This document shows positions 14,451 to 35,597 of a stretch of 64,000 nt of DNA, in pieces; the stretch's first letter is position 1; each line of letters starts with the position of its first letter. A program made the position numbers and the translations under genes. The notes beneath the pieces were generated by a model. That model had not been told where the DNA came from and searched no databases. It saw nothing but the letters and a program-made list of their open reading frames with translations. The stretch lies in NCBI RefSeq assembly GCF_009914755.1, contig NC_060942.1; one strand, written 5' to 3'. Source of the DNA: the human T2T-CHM13v2.0 reference genome, Homo sapiens.

Positions 14451-16632
14451 CCTGACCCTTTATAACATTCACTTTTGTTACACAAGGATTACGAATTCCT
14501 ATTTAGAATATACATGTGTAATGAGAATGGAAGAGTATAAAATTCCTTCAAACACCTGCTGGGTCCCCCCTCAGGGAAACTTACAAAATTTAACAGAAAA
14601 TTAAAAACCTTTTCAAGTATGCTCTGCTGAGGCTAGTCTTGTTTCATTATTGAACCTCAAACATGCCAGCTTCATGCCGCTTTTTTCTTTATCAGAAAGT
14701 TCTCCTTTCTTTATTTTGCTTACTTACAAACTCTCTATGTTTTGAGATTTGCTCAAGACCCATGACCCTGGTGCCTTCGTTACTTCTCTTTCTCTGAAAT
14801 ACCTGCTCTTTCTTGGAATTTGTTCCATGTCTTCTAGAATTTAATAACATACTCTACTGTCTTTTTAAAATCTTTTTTATGTGTACGTTTATGTCTGCTG
14901 CTGTTTCATGTGTGTATGTCTATTCTCTGCATCTGGAAAATAAATTCTGGGAGGTCAGGACACTTTGGACTTCTTCACAGTCTCTAAAGCAGAGGTGAAA
15001 TTCCATGAACTTGTGGGCATTTGTTAAATTATATTTATTTGATTATTTTTTCCAGTTTGAATAGAATCTGCAAAAGCTTGGAAATCTGGTGCTCAGCCAG
15101 CCTCTACCGATGTCCTAGCATTAGACCAAGCTCATCTCTCGGCAGTTTAGGATGTATGAGGCTGAAAGATATCAATGACTCTGAAAACTTAAAAGTCTGA
15201 GATTTTTCTGCAAAATCTTTCCTGATGACACTAGAACACTTTTCTTATGATACCTCTGAAGAGAGCTTCTTATCAACTTCTGGGCCTCACTTTAGGTATC
15301 GTTTTAGAACTAATTCACAATGCCATTCTTTTGAAGACACTGGTTTTGGATCCTGAAAATGGTTTCTGAGCTCCTTCTGGATCTCAGCTCTTGAGAACTG
15401 AGACTCTTGTTCTTCAGGCCTCTCATCCAGGATCCCTGACTATAAAAGATAACTTTATGCAGGAGTTTTTGTTGCGGTTGCACTTATTGTTTGCAATATA
15501 AGCAGGTAGAGAGGCAGTGTGTTGTTTTTTAAATCAGGAGAAAATAAATCATGCTTAGATTGTATAGTGTTATTGACTAACATTAAGTTGTAGGAGCCAT
15601 CTGTCACCATATGGCCATGTGAGAGAAAGAAAAAAGTGCACACTGCGGGAAGGGAGGTGTAACAGAACTCAGACCTCAGCGCAGCTAGGTATCAAGTCCA
15701 GTTTGTAGGTTTACGGACTTCAGTGTACCAAGTTTATTAAGTCTGTGTCCCAGTTACAACTCTGAGCTGATATTATTCTTAAATAAAATGAAACACTGCA
15801 AGCCAGAAGCAAGACAGAAGATTCGCCAGCTGTGAGCATACTGTTTACAGATTGAAAGTGGGACCAAAACCATTATATGGTATAATTTATGAAAGAACTG
15901 AAGAAAATATGTTTTGACAGAGGTCTTAAAAAAAAACAATGGGCTAACATTCCAGACAGGATCTCTCTCTTGAGTAGAATGCAAACATTCTGCAATGTTT
16001 CCTCCCCTCTCCCAACCATCTCAAAGTTTAGATTTGATGAGAGTGGATAATGTTTTTCTTTACTACAAAGAAACAGGGACTAAAACAAGTAGGGCTTCAA
16101 ACTACCCATACGTAATTGCTTCAGTCTTTCTGGGAAACACAGCCTCATTTTACATGGTAACATGGAGAGTGGTTAGAATTAAAACCTTGATATTTTATTG
16201 CCCCATCTGTGAATTATTTGCAAGGTTGGATAAATGTAATATATTTAAGCAGCTCAACTCTGTACATCATCAAGGGCTTTTTAAAAAGAAGATGTAAGTT
16301 ATCTTTGCAGTAATCTTGAACTTAGGGGAGGGTCTATATTTTAAAACTTTAAATAGACCCTGGAGCAATTGTATGAATCACTCTGAGGGTTTTCATCAAT
16401 TATTTGGGTAATTCATGTATTGGTAGACATGTATTTGATATATTAAAACTGGTCCTTGGAGTGAGGATGTATTGATTTAGAAAACTGAAAACAATTTTAT
16501 TTATTGCTTACTATGACATTGATACTACGTGAAGTACTAGGAATAAAAAGATTTATTAGATGTTGCCTTTCTTCAGGTAGCTCAGAGTCTATTGGGTTAT
16601 TTTTACAAGTCCTCTATTCCATATTTCATACA

Positions 16633-18353
16633 CAGTCATACACTGTATAACTATGTTTTGGTCAATGACAAACCACATCTATGACAGCAATCCCATAAGA
16701 TTATAATGGAGATGAAAAATTCCTATTGTCTGAGTGAGGTTATAGCAGTCCTAACATTGCAGCACAATACATTACTCACATGTTTGTGGTGATGCTGGTA
16801 TAAACAAATCTACTGCACTGCCAGTTATGTGAAAGTATAGTATATAAAACTGTGTACAGTACATAATACCAGACAATAATAAGCAGTTGCCACTGGTTTA
16901 TGTATTTATTCTAACTACTATGCCTTTTTTTTTGGTAGAGTGCACACCTTCTACTTATTAAAAAAAAAAACAAACTGTAAAACAGCATCATGCAGGTTCT
17001 TCAGGAGAGATTCCAGAGGAAGGCATTGTTGTGGTAGAAGATGACAGTTCCACAGGTGTTACTAGCCATGAAGATCTTCCAGTGAGACAAGATGTGGAGG
17101 TGGAAGACAGTGATATTGATGATTCTGATCCTGTTGTTATAAATAAAGTTTCGGTTCCACAAAAGAAATAGCACTTGAACATAAAATTTTCTTATTTTCT
17201 TCACAGCATGGCGGTTTACTTCTAAACTGCTCTTACAGATGGAGCAATAGTGAGCGCACACCTGGACAAGGGAGGAAAAGGGGGCCTTATTCCTGAGGCA
17301 CGTGGCCCCTGCTGCCGTGTGGTTCCCCTATTGGCTAGTGTTAGACCGCACAGGCTACAACTAATTCCGACTGGCTAATTTAAAGAGAGTGATGGGGTGA
17401 GTGGTTTGGCAGGAAAAATGGTTATGGCAGAGCAGGGAATTGGAATGAATCAGTTTGGAGAATGAGCAGGTAATCGGAATGAGTAAGGGTGGAGCAGGTA
17501 ATTGGAATGAGTCAAGGTGGAGCAGGTAATCAGAAAATGTTGCTTTACGAGGAAGTTAAGTTTGAAAGTAGAAGGCAAAGAATTGAACATACTGACATAT
17601 TGATTCTTTGAAGAGAAATTTAGAACTCATATCAAACACTGTGTAGGCCTAAGCTAACGTGTATGTTTTTGTCTTCATTTCGAATAAAAAAGTTTAATAA
17701 CACAATTTTTTAAATTTAAAAATAGAAAAAAAATTATAGAATCAACATATAAGAAAATCTTTTTTGCACAAGTGCACAATGTGTTTGTGTTTTAAACTAA
17801 GTTTTATTACATAATAGTCAAAAATGGAAAAATTAAAAAGTTTATAAAGTAAAAAAATTTCATTGAGCCAGTTATTATCAAAGAATAAAATATTTTAAAA
17901 ATAAATTTAATGTAGCATAAATGTATAGTATTTATAGAGTCTGCAGTACTGTACAGTTATGTCCTAACCCTTCACATTCACTCTCCACTCAATCGCTGAC
18001 TTACCCACAGCAATTCCCAGTGCTTCAAATTACATTCATAAGAACATTATACAGGTGTATCATTTTTTTCATCTTTTATATAGTAATTTTATTGTACAGT
18101 TTCTATGTTTAAATATGTTTAGATATACAAATACGTACCATTGTATTACAATTGCCTACAGTGTTCAGCAGAGTAACATGCTGTATAGGTTTGTACCCCA
18201 GGAGAAATAGGTGATACCATATGGCCTAGGGATGTAGTAGGCTATACCATCTGGATTTGTGAAAGTACACACTATGATATTCACACAACAATGACAAAAT
18301 TGCCTAATGATGCATTTCTCAGAATATATCCTCATCATTGTGACACATGACTG
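16633..18353. mobile_element. Tigger3b (TcMar) DNA transposon, interrupted by LTR10
   Basis: Terminal cagtcatacac... and ...gacacatgactg followed by ta; body matches recalled Tigger3/Golem (cccataagattataatggagatgaaaaattcctat). Confidence 0.85.
17135..17638 (-). mobile_element. LTR10 (HERV-I; LTR10A/F-like) solo LTR
   Basis: Reverse strand reads tgtttgatatgagttctaaatttctcttcaaagaatcaatatgtcag; internal 28-bp gagcaggtaat..gaatgagtca units; TSD ctgt/ctgt. Confidence 0.85.
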
Positions 18354-19306
18354 TACATCCCAGAGTAAATGTTTAGAGAAGTCATAGAAACACGAAATTT
18401 AAAGACAATCTAACAACAGTTTTAGTTGTTCAGGGCCATCAGTTAAAAAGGAGAAGGATAATTAATTCTTGAAGACGTCTATTTTTTTTCTACACAGAGG
18501 GAAAACAATCTTGAGAAAGTAGAAAAAACAAAAGGATTACTGCAATCTTTGTTATATCATTTACTTCAGTGTGAAATTTCTACAATGAAGCTCTGGCTAT
18601 ATTTAAGAAGTGACTTGGAACCATCAGTTACATTTGGGTTGGATCAATTTCTTCCCTGATGCCTGGACACATTTAGGACAACTGAAATTCAAAATATGTT
18701 TTCCCCCAGAATTTTAATTCACAATCTCTCACCATCTTTTTTCACCAGTAGAAGCCCTTGTAGACTTCCCTTGAGAATGGAAGAAACAGGTAAACACAGA
18801 ATTGGATAATGTCTTTGTACCTTACTTCATTCAAGTAATATAGTTTATAAAAATATATATTAAAAAGTAAAGCAAATTTAATATTTTAAAACTAAAAAAT
18901 TCATATCTAATTATACAAATTAGGGTAGCCACATTTTCTGAAGTTGTTTGATCCTTCACAGAAAATTCAAGGATGAGCAACAGAATGAGTTATGCATAAC
19001 AAAATGCCACACGCTAGCCACTTCCATAAAAGTGTCAAGATTTCAAAGGTTTGGGTTCAAGTACTATTGTAAGAAAAAGTATGTTACATTTCACCTATGA
19101 ATAATATTTTAGTTGAGATTAATTAAGAAAAGAACTGCATTCATCTGACGAGGCCACACAATAGGTAGGCTTTGAAAGAAGTTGTGCATGGTTTTGAGTG
19201 ATAAAATTGAAGCATTTTGCCCACATCCATTATCATAAGTCTGTTAAGAAACATTCTGCAGCCTATTCTCTCTGAAGCCTGCTAGCTAAAAGCTTCATCT
19301 GTGTAG

Positions 19307-22858
<3,552 letters not shown>

Positions 22859-25104
22859 TCATGTGTGTAGTAAAACTTTGGTCTTTACAACCTCTTATCA
22901 CAACCCAGACATTCCTTTCTATTGATCCCAGGTCTTTAGACAAACTCAACCAACTGTCAACCAGAAAATGTTTAAATTTACCTATAGCCTGGAAGCTGTC
23001 ACCACACTTTGAATTGTCCCACCTTTCTGGACCAAAACAATATGTTTCTTAAATGTATCTGATTGATGTCTCATGCCTCCCTAAAATGTGTAAAACCAAG
23101 CTGCACCCCGACCACCTTGGGCACATGTTCTCAGGACATCCTGAGGGCTGTGTCATAGGACATGGTCATTGATATTTGGCTCAGAATAAATGTCTTCAAA
23201 TATTTTAGAGAGTGTGAGTCTTTTTGTAGACATATTCATTATCATTCATTCTATTTTTGCATTAAAAAGTATGATATATAATGCATTTTGTTTTCAATAA
23301 TCACATATTAACAATAATTATAATAAAACTCTATCCAGATGAATTTTTTGTAACATCATAGAGCTTTAGGGACAGAGGGTAGATAACATAGTCATTGAAA
23401 GGAAATATGATGTGAGAAGTGTTCAATACAACTTTCAAATATAAATAAATATTAGAATAAAATATTGTGGAAGAAGTAAAACAAAAATATGATTTTGTGG
23501 CATAAAAATAAAAAGTAAAATTGTTCATACACTGATTTAAAATGCATGATGATGAGTATTAAATTACTATAGTATTTAAATCCTGTTACATATATTTAAA
23601 GGAGTGATCCAATTATTTTAAAGTGTTAATTATTAAAATATGCTAGAAATTAAAGGAGAGTTCCCAGAAACCAATATTTTAAATTGTCCCTTTATTTAGT
23701 TTCTTTTTAAAAAGCATCTTGTGTCAATAGACTATAGTTAATTCTGGATGGGTGCGATGAAAGAGGAAAAGGAATGTGGAAAATAGCAATTGTTTAACAT
23801 CTCAATTGCAGACCCCTTAGGCAAATCAAATTTAGGAAAGAGCACATATGAAAACTGAAGTACTGGAAATTGATTCACTTAAACTGTATATGCCAGGGTA
23901 CCCCTAAAAAGAGTCTCCATATACTCCCAGGGATAGGAGTCCTTCAGTTTGAACTGCTGGTATAGGGTACAATTGAGGAAAGCATTCTGGAGATTTTTGC
24001 TAGGAGTGGTTGATATTAATGAAAGGCCATGTTAAAAGCAAGAAGAGTCAGAAAGGAGAGAGGTACTGAGAAGGAAGAAGGCCCACCCAAGAAAAGTTAA
24101 ACAATTATCACAGTTTTATCATGTTTGAATCTGATTGCCATGACTTCCCTGCATATTTACTCATTTTGAACTCTTGAATGTGAAATAAATGAGTTTCTTA
24201 CAGTCCTTGAGAAGAAATTGGATAGGATAAGCCCAAATGCAAAAGGGGAAACATGAAAAAATTTCCTCTTACGGAAATACTCTGGGAAACATTGTTTAGA
24301 GAATTACCTATTAGATGTCATGTTTACTCTGCTAGCCTAATTTCTTTTTCAGCCAAAGAAATACCAGAGGGCTTCAAATGAATCATCTTGACTTATATCT
24401 TGTCACAACTTGACTTAATTATCTTTCTGTCAATTATGTTAAAACCATTTTACCCTCCAGCTTTGTATGTAAGTTGTGTTGGCATGGTTACCCGACACAT
24501 TATTCCAAGTGTATCGATCCTTTAACTCTTCAAAGCAATAAATTCCTTTTCCAATACCAATCCAATCAGTTTCAAAATTATAGACCATGATATCAGTTTC
24601 TGAGTCTAGAAATTTATTACCATGAAGAGGTTTTATAAACTAATAGCTAATTTATCTAAATATCTATCAAAGATTCAACAGAAAATATTAAAGAGAAAAT
24701 ATACAGGAGACATCACATCTTGCCTTAATGAATTAGTAATTAAGATGAATTAATAATGGACCAAAAAATGTATTTTATAAATTTATCAACTGTCAAGACC
24801 AGCATCCCCCAAAAGTCCTTGGCTCAATTCTACAGCAAATATTCCTTCAAGCTGGAGAAGAGCCAAAAAAAAAAAAAGTCTCGAAAGTTTATTTTCTGAA
24901 AGGAGTATGGAAGTATCGAAGGTTTGGTGATACAATTGTTGCCGTGATCACATATACCATTAAACAATATGAAGAAAAGAAAATTATTCTATTAAAACCA
25001 CACTGCGCAAGCAAAGACCCCAGGTTTTGGAACAAATTATATAACAGCGGTGTGATTTCGGTCAAGTCTTATTGCTTCCTGAATGTCAGTTATTTTATGT
25101 AGAC

Positions 25105-25316
25105 CAAGGATTCTCATTTGAGAGTGTTTTTCGCCACTAGGGACATTTGACAACGTCTGGAGTCGTTCTTGGTTGTCACAGTTAGGGGAAGAGGTTGCTA
25201 TTGGCATCTAGTGGGTACGAATCAGGGCTGCTGCTAAACATCCCGCAATGCACAGCTCTTCCTAGGAAGAATTATCTGGCCTCAAATGTCAGTAGCACTG
25301 ACACGGAGAAACCCTG
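25105..25316. mobile_element. MER20 (hAT-Charlie), inserted in a MIR
   Basis: ggcatctagtgggta, ctgctaaacatcc, gagaaaccctg; 8-bp TSD atgtagac/atgtagag. Confidence 0.88.
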
Positions 25317-26397
25317 ATGTAGAGGTTAAAGATATTCAACTTGCCTTGCCTGTACTGAGGAGTTGTTATGAAGATAAAAGGGAAAAGGATATGAAGGTTT
25401 TAGAAGTCCGTAATATTATATAATTGATAGTGTCATTATTCATGTATTATTTATTCCCATTTCGCCTTAGAACTCCTCCCCATGACAAAAAGCTTCACGC
25501 CTTCATATTCTGCCCTTTTCAGGATGTCTCGGTCTCTTCAATCCAGCTCCTTGCTCCGGTCGGGCCTGTGCCTCCTTTCCTACCTCCTATGCTGCATCAA
25601 AATACCTTTATTAAGTGACCTAGTTTCTCTGGATGTGTTTAGATGATTAAATTTCCCAAGAAATTACTTTGAGTTGATGGCTCAAAACATAATTGTTAAT
25701 AGTTTTATATACACACACAAACACACACACACACGAAATCAAAGACTTTTTAACATGAGTAGAATTTAGAGTTGCTTTTTGCAATGATTTTCTAAAAGTG
25801 GGCAGAAAAATACTAGGATTCTGAAGAAACATCACAACAGAGGCCTTGAAGGGCTGAGAAAATAGTAGAACAAGATTCTTTCCAAGTCCTCTGCTTCCTT
25901 TTTAAGATAATAAAAGTGTGAGAAATACAATAAATCCCAGAATCAGGTTTTCTGACCACCAGTCCAGTACCCTTTCCAATCTGCCACGTTGGCTTGTAAT
26001 GATTACCTTTGAACGAGAGGTGTTAGTGGCCTAATGCAAAAGAGTAAGTCATGTGGGAATTCTCAAGTCCAATCTGTAGCAGAAGAAGTGAGATGGGCAT
26101 GTTCAAGTGGGAATCTTTTAGTACCTTCAAATAATGAATAGTCAGATCACTGATTCTGCCAGTAGTTTGCATTAGGAGGCCGAATCACCGCATTAACAAG
26201 TAAAGCCGTTTCCTGCTGGTTTCTTCTTCTCTCCAGATCATTCCCTTTTATGGCAGAGGAATGAATGGACACAGTAAAGCCTCCAGGTCTTACTGAATTG
26301 CGTACCCCAAACCAACCTGTCATAAAATTCACTTGGGGGAGCTTGTTATAAAACTACCTGGATCTATGCCTCACAAGCAGAGTCAGAATCTACATGT

Positions 26398-26511
26398 GCC
26401 ATGTTGGTGTGCAGTACACCAACATGGCACATGTATACAAATGTAACAAAACTGCACATTGTGCACATGACCCTAAAACTTAAAGTATAATAATAATAAA
26501 ATAAAAAAAAA
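26398..26511 (+). mobile_element. Tiny L1PA 3' end with inverted 5' segment
   Basis: caccaacatggcacatgtatac ... aacttaaagtataataat plus A tail; TSD agaatctacatgt (26385-26397, 26512-26524). Confidence 0.9.
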
Positions 26512-27285
26512 AGAATCTACATGTCTATGGGTCAGAAATCTTTATTTTAGCTTGGCAACCATTACTATCAACAATATAATAGGTTAAAAAAAGAAATATT
26601 AGAATTAGGAAAAGTAAATAATTGATGTGATTATGTTTTTATTGGTATTGCCATTGAATCCATCAGTTGTTCTGGTATCCTATAGCCATAATATGTATTG
26701 TCCAAATAATAGAAGGGACCAGTTTTCTCTCCCTAAAGAAAAAAAACACGAGGCTGCCAGTCTGTTTTTCTCCACAGCTGGCATCTCAGGGCCACTCAGA
26801 CCAGTGTGCATTCCACCCTCCTTTTGGCATTCCTCCTACAGAATTTAAAACCTATAGCCACAAATGTTAAGCATCCATATGGCACTTTATGCCTGTGCAA
26901 TGTTTTTTTTTTTCATTTTTATTGGTCATTTCTGGAAACAACTCTCTAAGGCAGGTTCATGTCATCACCCTTACATGATAGATGAAGGAACACAGTCTCA
27001 CAGAAGCTCTGGGTCACACAGCAGGGAGAAGGCTGATTCTCTCTCCAGGCTCCTGCTGCTTCTATCTAATCTCTACAGTCCTGTGCTGGAGAGCTTCCAT
27101 TTGCCCAGCCAGAGCCATGCTCCTCTGTCTAGGGAGCCTGACCTGTATCAACAGACTCTTTTGCCCTTGTCTTCTGTTTGAGTTTGGCTATTGCAGAGAA
27201 CAAGAGAAAAAAAACAAGAAAGGCAGGATTTTAGGGATGGAGTATTTATTTCTCTAGCTCTCTTTCTGAGGGGTCATGTAAGAAT

Positions 27286-30962
<3,677 letters not shown>

Positions 30963-32282
30963 AAGAATAGTTGTAACCCTGGCCCAAAAGTCACTGCTCC
31001 ATTCAAGATCATGACTCTCTCCTTGGGACTGTAGTAATGGCACCCTCTCTTTCTGCCATCATGTCTAAGAGTCGTAATAACCCCTCTTCCCCCATTACTA
31101 GTCTTAGGATGCTGCCTTACTCCTTTTGCTTCCCTTTACTCGACCTACACATGTGTGTGCCATCAACTTCTTGCTGGGACCCTAATGACTCAACAATTGA
31201 ACATCCACCTAAAGCTGTCATGAATTTGCATGTATAATGCATCTTAAGCAAACCTTATGTTTGAAAATTCAAACATCAAATAAGTTTTAAACCAAAATGA
31301 ATTCATCCTTTTTAGAATTTTATGAAAGCTATGACAATTTTACCCCAATGTTTATATGCATGCATGTGCACACACAGACACACACATATTCACACACTTT
31401 TGCCTAACAACTCAGTGGTTTCAGAGACCTACTGAAGCTCATCTGAAGAAGGTTATGAACACAAATGTTAGAGATAGGCTTTGTTTCAATGTTCTTATTT
31501 GATGTGTAAGAAATCAGAGACACATGTCTCAGGACAAATGGATAGTGACTGGCAGAAATGGGAATAGGAGTCAGACAGACCTATGAACTATATCTAATAC
31601 TTCTTCCTCTATAGTAAATATAAATATTAAATTGAGATTAGTTATTTTAACAAAATTACTAAGGGGCTTGTAAGAGTAGCATATTCCTTAGGTATATTTA
31701 AAAAAATACTCTTAAAGGAATGCACTTACTCATAAAATAGGGTACATCTGTAAGCATTCTTTCATGAGGAATAGATTAGATCTGTGAAGTGAGAATATAA
31801 ACACAAGGGAAGTTGGTTTCTTATTTTCTGTGTTATTTTGGTGATCAGTCAAAACTCAGCTCTGACTTTTATCTCTTGATTAATCTAGGATTACCAAAAA
31901 GGCAAAGAAATATTTATTAGTCTGAGGTCTGCAGGGAAAGCTGCCCTTTTCTGAGAGCAGGGAGAGAAGGATACAGAAGCAAAATGCTGCCTCTGAAATC
32001 TACTGGCAGCTTTATGATAGTCTATAATACACAGGGTCTGGGTAGGAGAAGAATTACTCTTTTCTGTTACATTTACTGTTACTGGGCACCATCTGCAGCT
32101 CTGCACGCTCCAGAGGATGAGGGTCATGGAGAGGACTGGCATAAAGGATACAGTACTTGAGATGACTTTGCCAAGATGGCAGTTCTGAGCCCCATCACCA
32201 AACAAGAAAGCCTGTGCAGCTGCTATTAGGAATTGGCTGAGTCTCTGAAGCCAGTATAAATGGGGTGGAATGGGTGGAGAAT

Positions 32283-32602
32283 TTGTCTCTTAGCCATAAT
32301 TTCGAAATCCAAAGACCTCAGAAATCTAATTATTATTATTTTCTGCAAGTTTGATGCAAATTCATCTGGAGGCAAAATCTGACCTGAATTGACTTGTGGC
32401 TATTTTTAAGCCCTGTTTATCCCACTTAGCACAAGTGAGCACAGTTTTCACTGCAATATTATTTTGATTACTGGGTATTGCTCCAGACTCTGCTAGTTAT
32501 GTTATAATACATATGGCTTACGTATTACATTACCTTTTTTAAAAAGTTGACTTCTATAAAACATCAGGCTCCATGGTTTCAGATAAGGTATGATAGACAT
32601 GT
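32283..32602. mobile_element. MER46C-like (TcMar-Tigger) DNA transposon
   Basis: ggcaaaatctgacctgaattgac, tttatcccacttag and ggtttcagataagg match the recalled consensus. Confidence 0.6.
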
Positions 32603-35201
32603 ATTTTTTTATTTAATATAGAGCTAGAAATGCCTGGAATAGAAAAGGGAAAGAAAGGCTTGTCTTAAGAAAGAAAGGATATCAATATGAGATGATTGAA
32701 AAACTTATAAAAGCCCATTATATCTCAGCTGTCCATTTCTAATGTTTGAAATTCAACAATAATTTTAACAATAACTCACTCTCTGATTTCTTTAATTCTG
32801 TCTGCTATTAAATAGATTGTAGATACCATAGAAAGAAAACACTTAGAACTCATAGAACATTTGCACTTTAGTGTTAGTTTTGAAAGGGAGAAAAAATGTT
32901 CAGAAACTGCCTAACAGAACAAATGAAGTGTATTTGTGGAGGATGGACACTGTGCTAAAAGGGTAGACCGGCTCATTCTACCCCTTGGGGACCAGCTTAT
33001 CTGCTCCAGGAATTAACTGTGGTCTAAAGCAAAAGGGAAAACCACCCTAGCTTCATTAGTCCAAGGCAGGAGGGTCAGAAATGCACTGGGCATGTTCTCT
33101 GCCATTTCAGTCGTAGCGTTCCAGGCCAGAATGCATTGTCTAAATACATCAAAAAAGCTAGTCTCAAAGTCTAGAATACACCGGATGGAAACTACTCTTC
33201 AGACTGATTTTTTAAGTTCTTCAAGGACCCAGTATTGTACATGTTGTTTCCATTCTTGCCATCCAGTGCTTTTTAGTGTCACTTGATGAGGGGTAGTGAA
33301 GTGGATTGTGCTGTTTCTCTGGACCAGGTATCATCATCCTGAGGTGCTCCTGACATTTCTAAACATCCCAATTTCTCCATTCATAATACTAAGACCTTGG
33401 TTTAGAAGAATGCCAATCAGCTTTGCACTGTTACCTATAACCAAAGAGACATGTTTCACCATCATTGGTAGAAACTGGGGTGAAAAGCAATGAGCACCAA
33501 CTTGATTGAAAGCTGCTTTTAGGCAGTGATGAATTTGCAGGACAGGTAAAGGATGCCTGTGAAGACCACCCAATGGATCATGCCCTAGAGTTTCCAGAGT
33601 TCCTTGGCATGGAAAAAAGGGCTAAGCAGATTAGTGAGAATCAGAAAATAGCATGTTGATCCTCAAAGAGCTGCCAATCTAGTAGTGACAATTAGGCCAA
33701 AAGCATGGGAAAGAAAGCAACTCAGCAGTAATGCAAAAAGAGCCAATGATCTCATCTCAGTCAGCATGATCCGCAGGAAAGGGTGGCAAGTCAAGCAGGG
33801 TTAAATAAAAGTTCCTGCAGGAAAGGAATTCAGAACTAGCTCACTCATGATAAGAAGAAATACTCTCACATTTTAATTACTTTATGAAATAATTCAAAAA
33901 ATGTGAAAGCTGCTTATAAATGAAATAGAAAACACAGGAGAGCAATATATTGTCTGCTTTTACATTTTAAAAGTATTTCTTTTTTTCCTAAGTTTAACAA
34001 TTCCTCTTTGATATTGCAGTTCATATTTCTCATAGTATTCTTCTTTATCTCATAACATAGTGTGAATCCTATAGCATTGAAAGCAAATATATTTCTTGAA
34101 AGCGTCCAGTTATTTACTCCAAGTGGGTGGCAGTCAAAAAGTATGGAAGAACAAATCCCTTTGTATTGTTAGAAGTCACAAGTCAAAATTAAAGAAAAGA
34201 AAGAAAAGAAATGAAGAAAGAAAAAGGGAGAAAAAAAAGATTAAAATGCCTTTTGTAAGTGTCTCAGATTTTCTTGCTAACAGATGAATACAAGAGTGAT
34301 ATTTCTGCTCTATTCTATTCCTTTCCCCACTAGCTAAATGAAACCAGAGTGGAAAATAGATGATTGTAGTGTGGGCACCATCTGAAGTAGGTTATACAAA
34401 ATTTTATACAGAATAAAAAGAATTGAGAAAACATGTTTCATTCATTGTATAAAATTTATAGTGTCTTTCATTCTGTTGAAGTTCCATGAATTTTTTGAAA
34501 ACTTGCAATATATCTATCTATAAGAGCAATCTTATGCTCCATTGGCTGAATCAAGATGTATCAATATTTTATATACACGGAAGACTCTTGAAGTGTCAGA
34601 CCTAAGACATATTAACTGGCCAGACGAGACTGGGAAGAGATAGAAACAAGTTATAGATAGCCTAAGTTAATGTCATCAACAGAGAATAGAGCTTTTGAGA
34701 GCTGGACTGACATCTCAGATGAGCTCCTTGAGATGATTTCCTTGCTGTTGTTTTTAGGAATTCCATTTTCAAGTCTATTATGGCAACCACTCAAAAGTAT
34801 TTTTTGAAAAGAGAGGATATTGCTTTCTGTCAATCTAACATTCAGTGGGCCAGTGTTTGATAACTAAGATATTAGGAAATAACCCAGCAATTATGCTATC
34901 AGAATTGGTCAAAATTATGCCTTTTTTTTCTCCTCAGCTGGTCTCAATAAAAGTAACTAGCTTGAAAAGGACATATTTGTAGAATTGTTGCCACTAGGAT
35001 AGGCCTGCTTAGAGGCCACATTTGATTATTTACTAAAATTCTAGAAAAGTCTTCTTCAATTGTTCCTGTCACTTAAAGTGAGACTTACCTCTTTTTTTTA
35101 GGACAAAGGGGCAAGAATAGAAATAAAAATAAAAATGGAAAACAGAGACATAGCAACATTATTTCTTTAAGCCTTAGTAAATAATTTAGAATATATATAT
35201 A

Positions 35202-35597
<396 letters not shown>

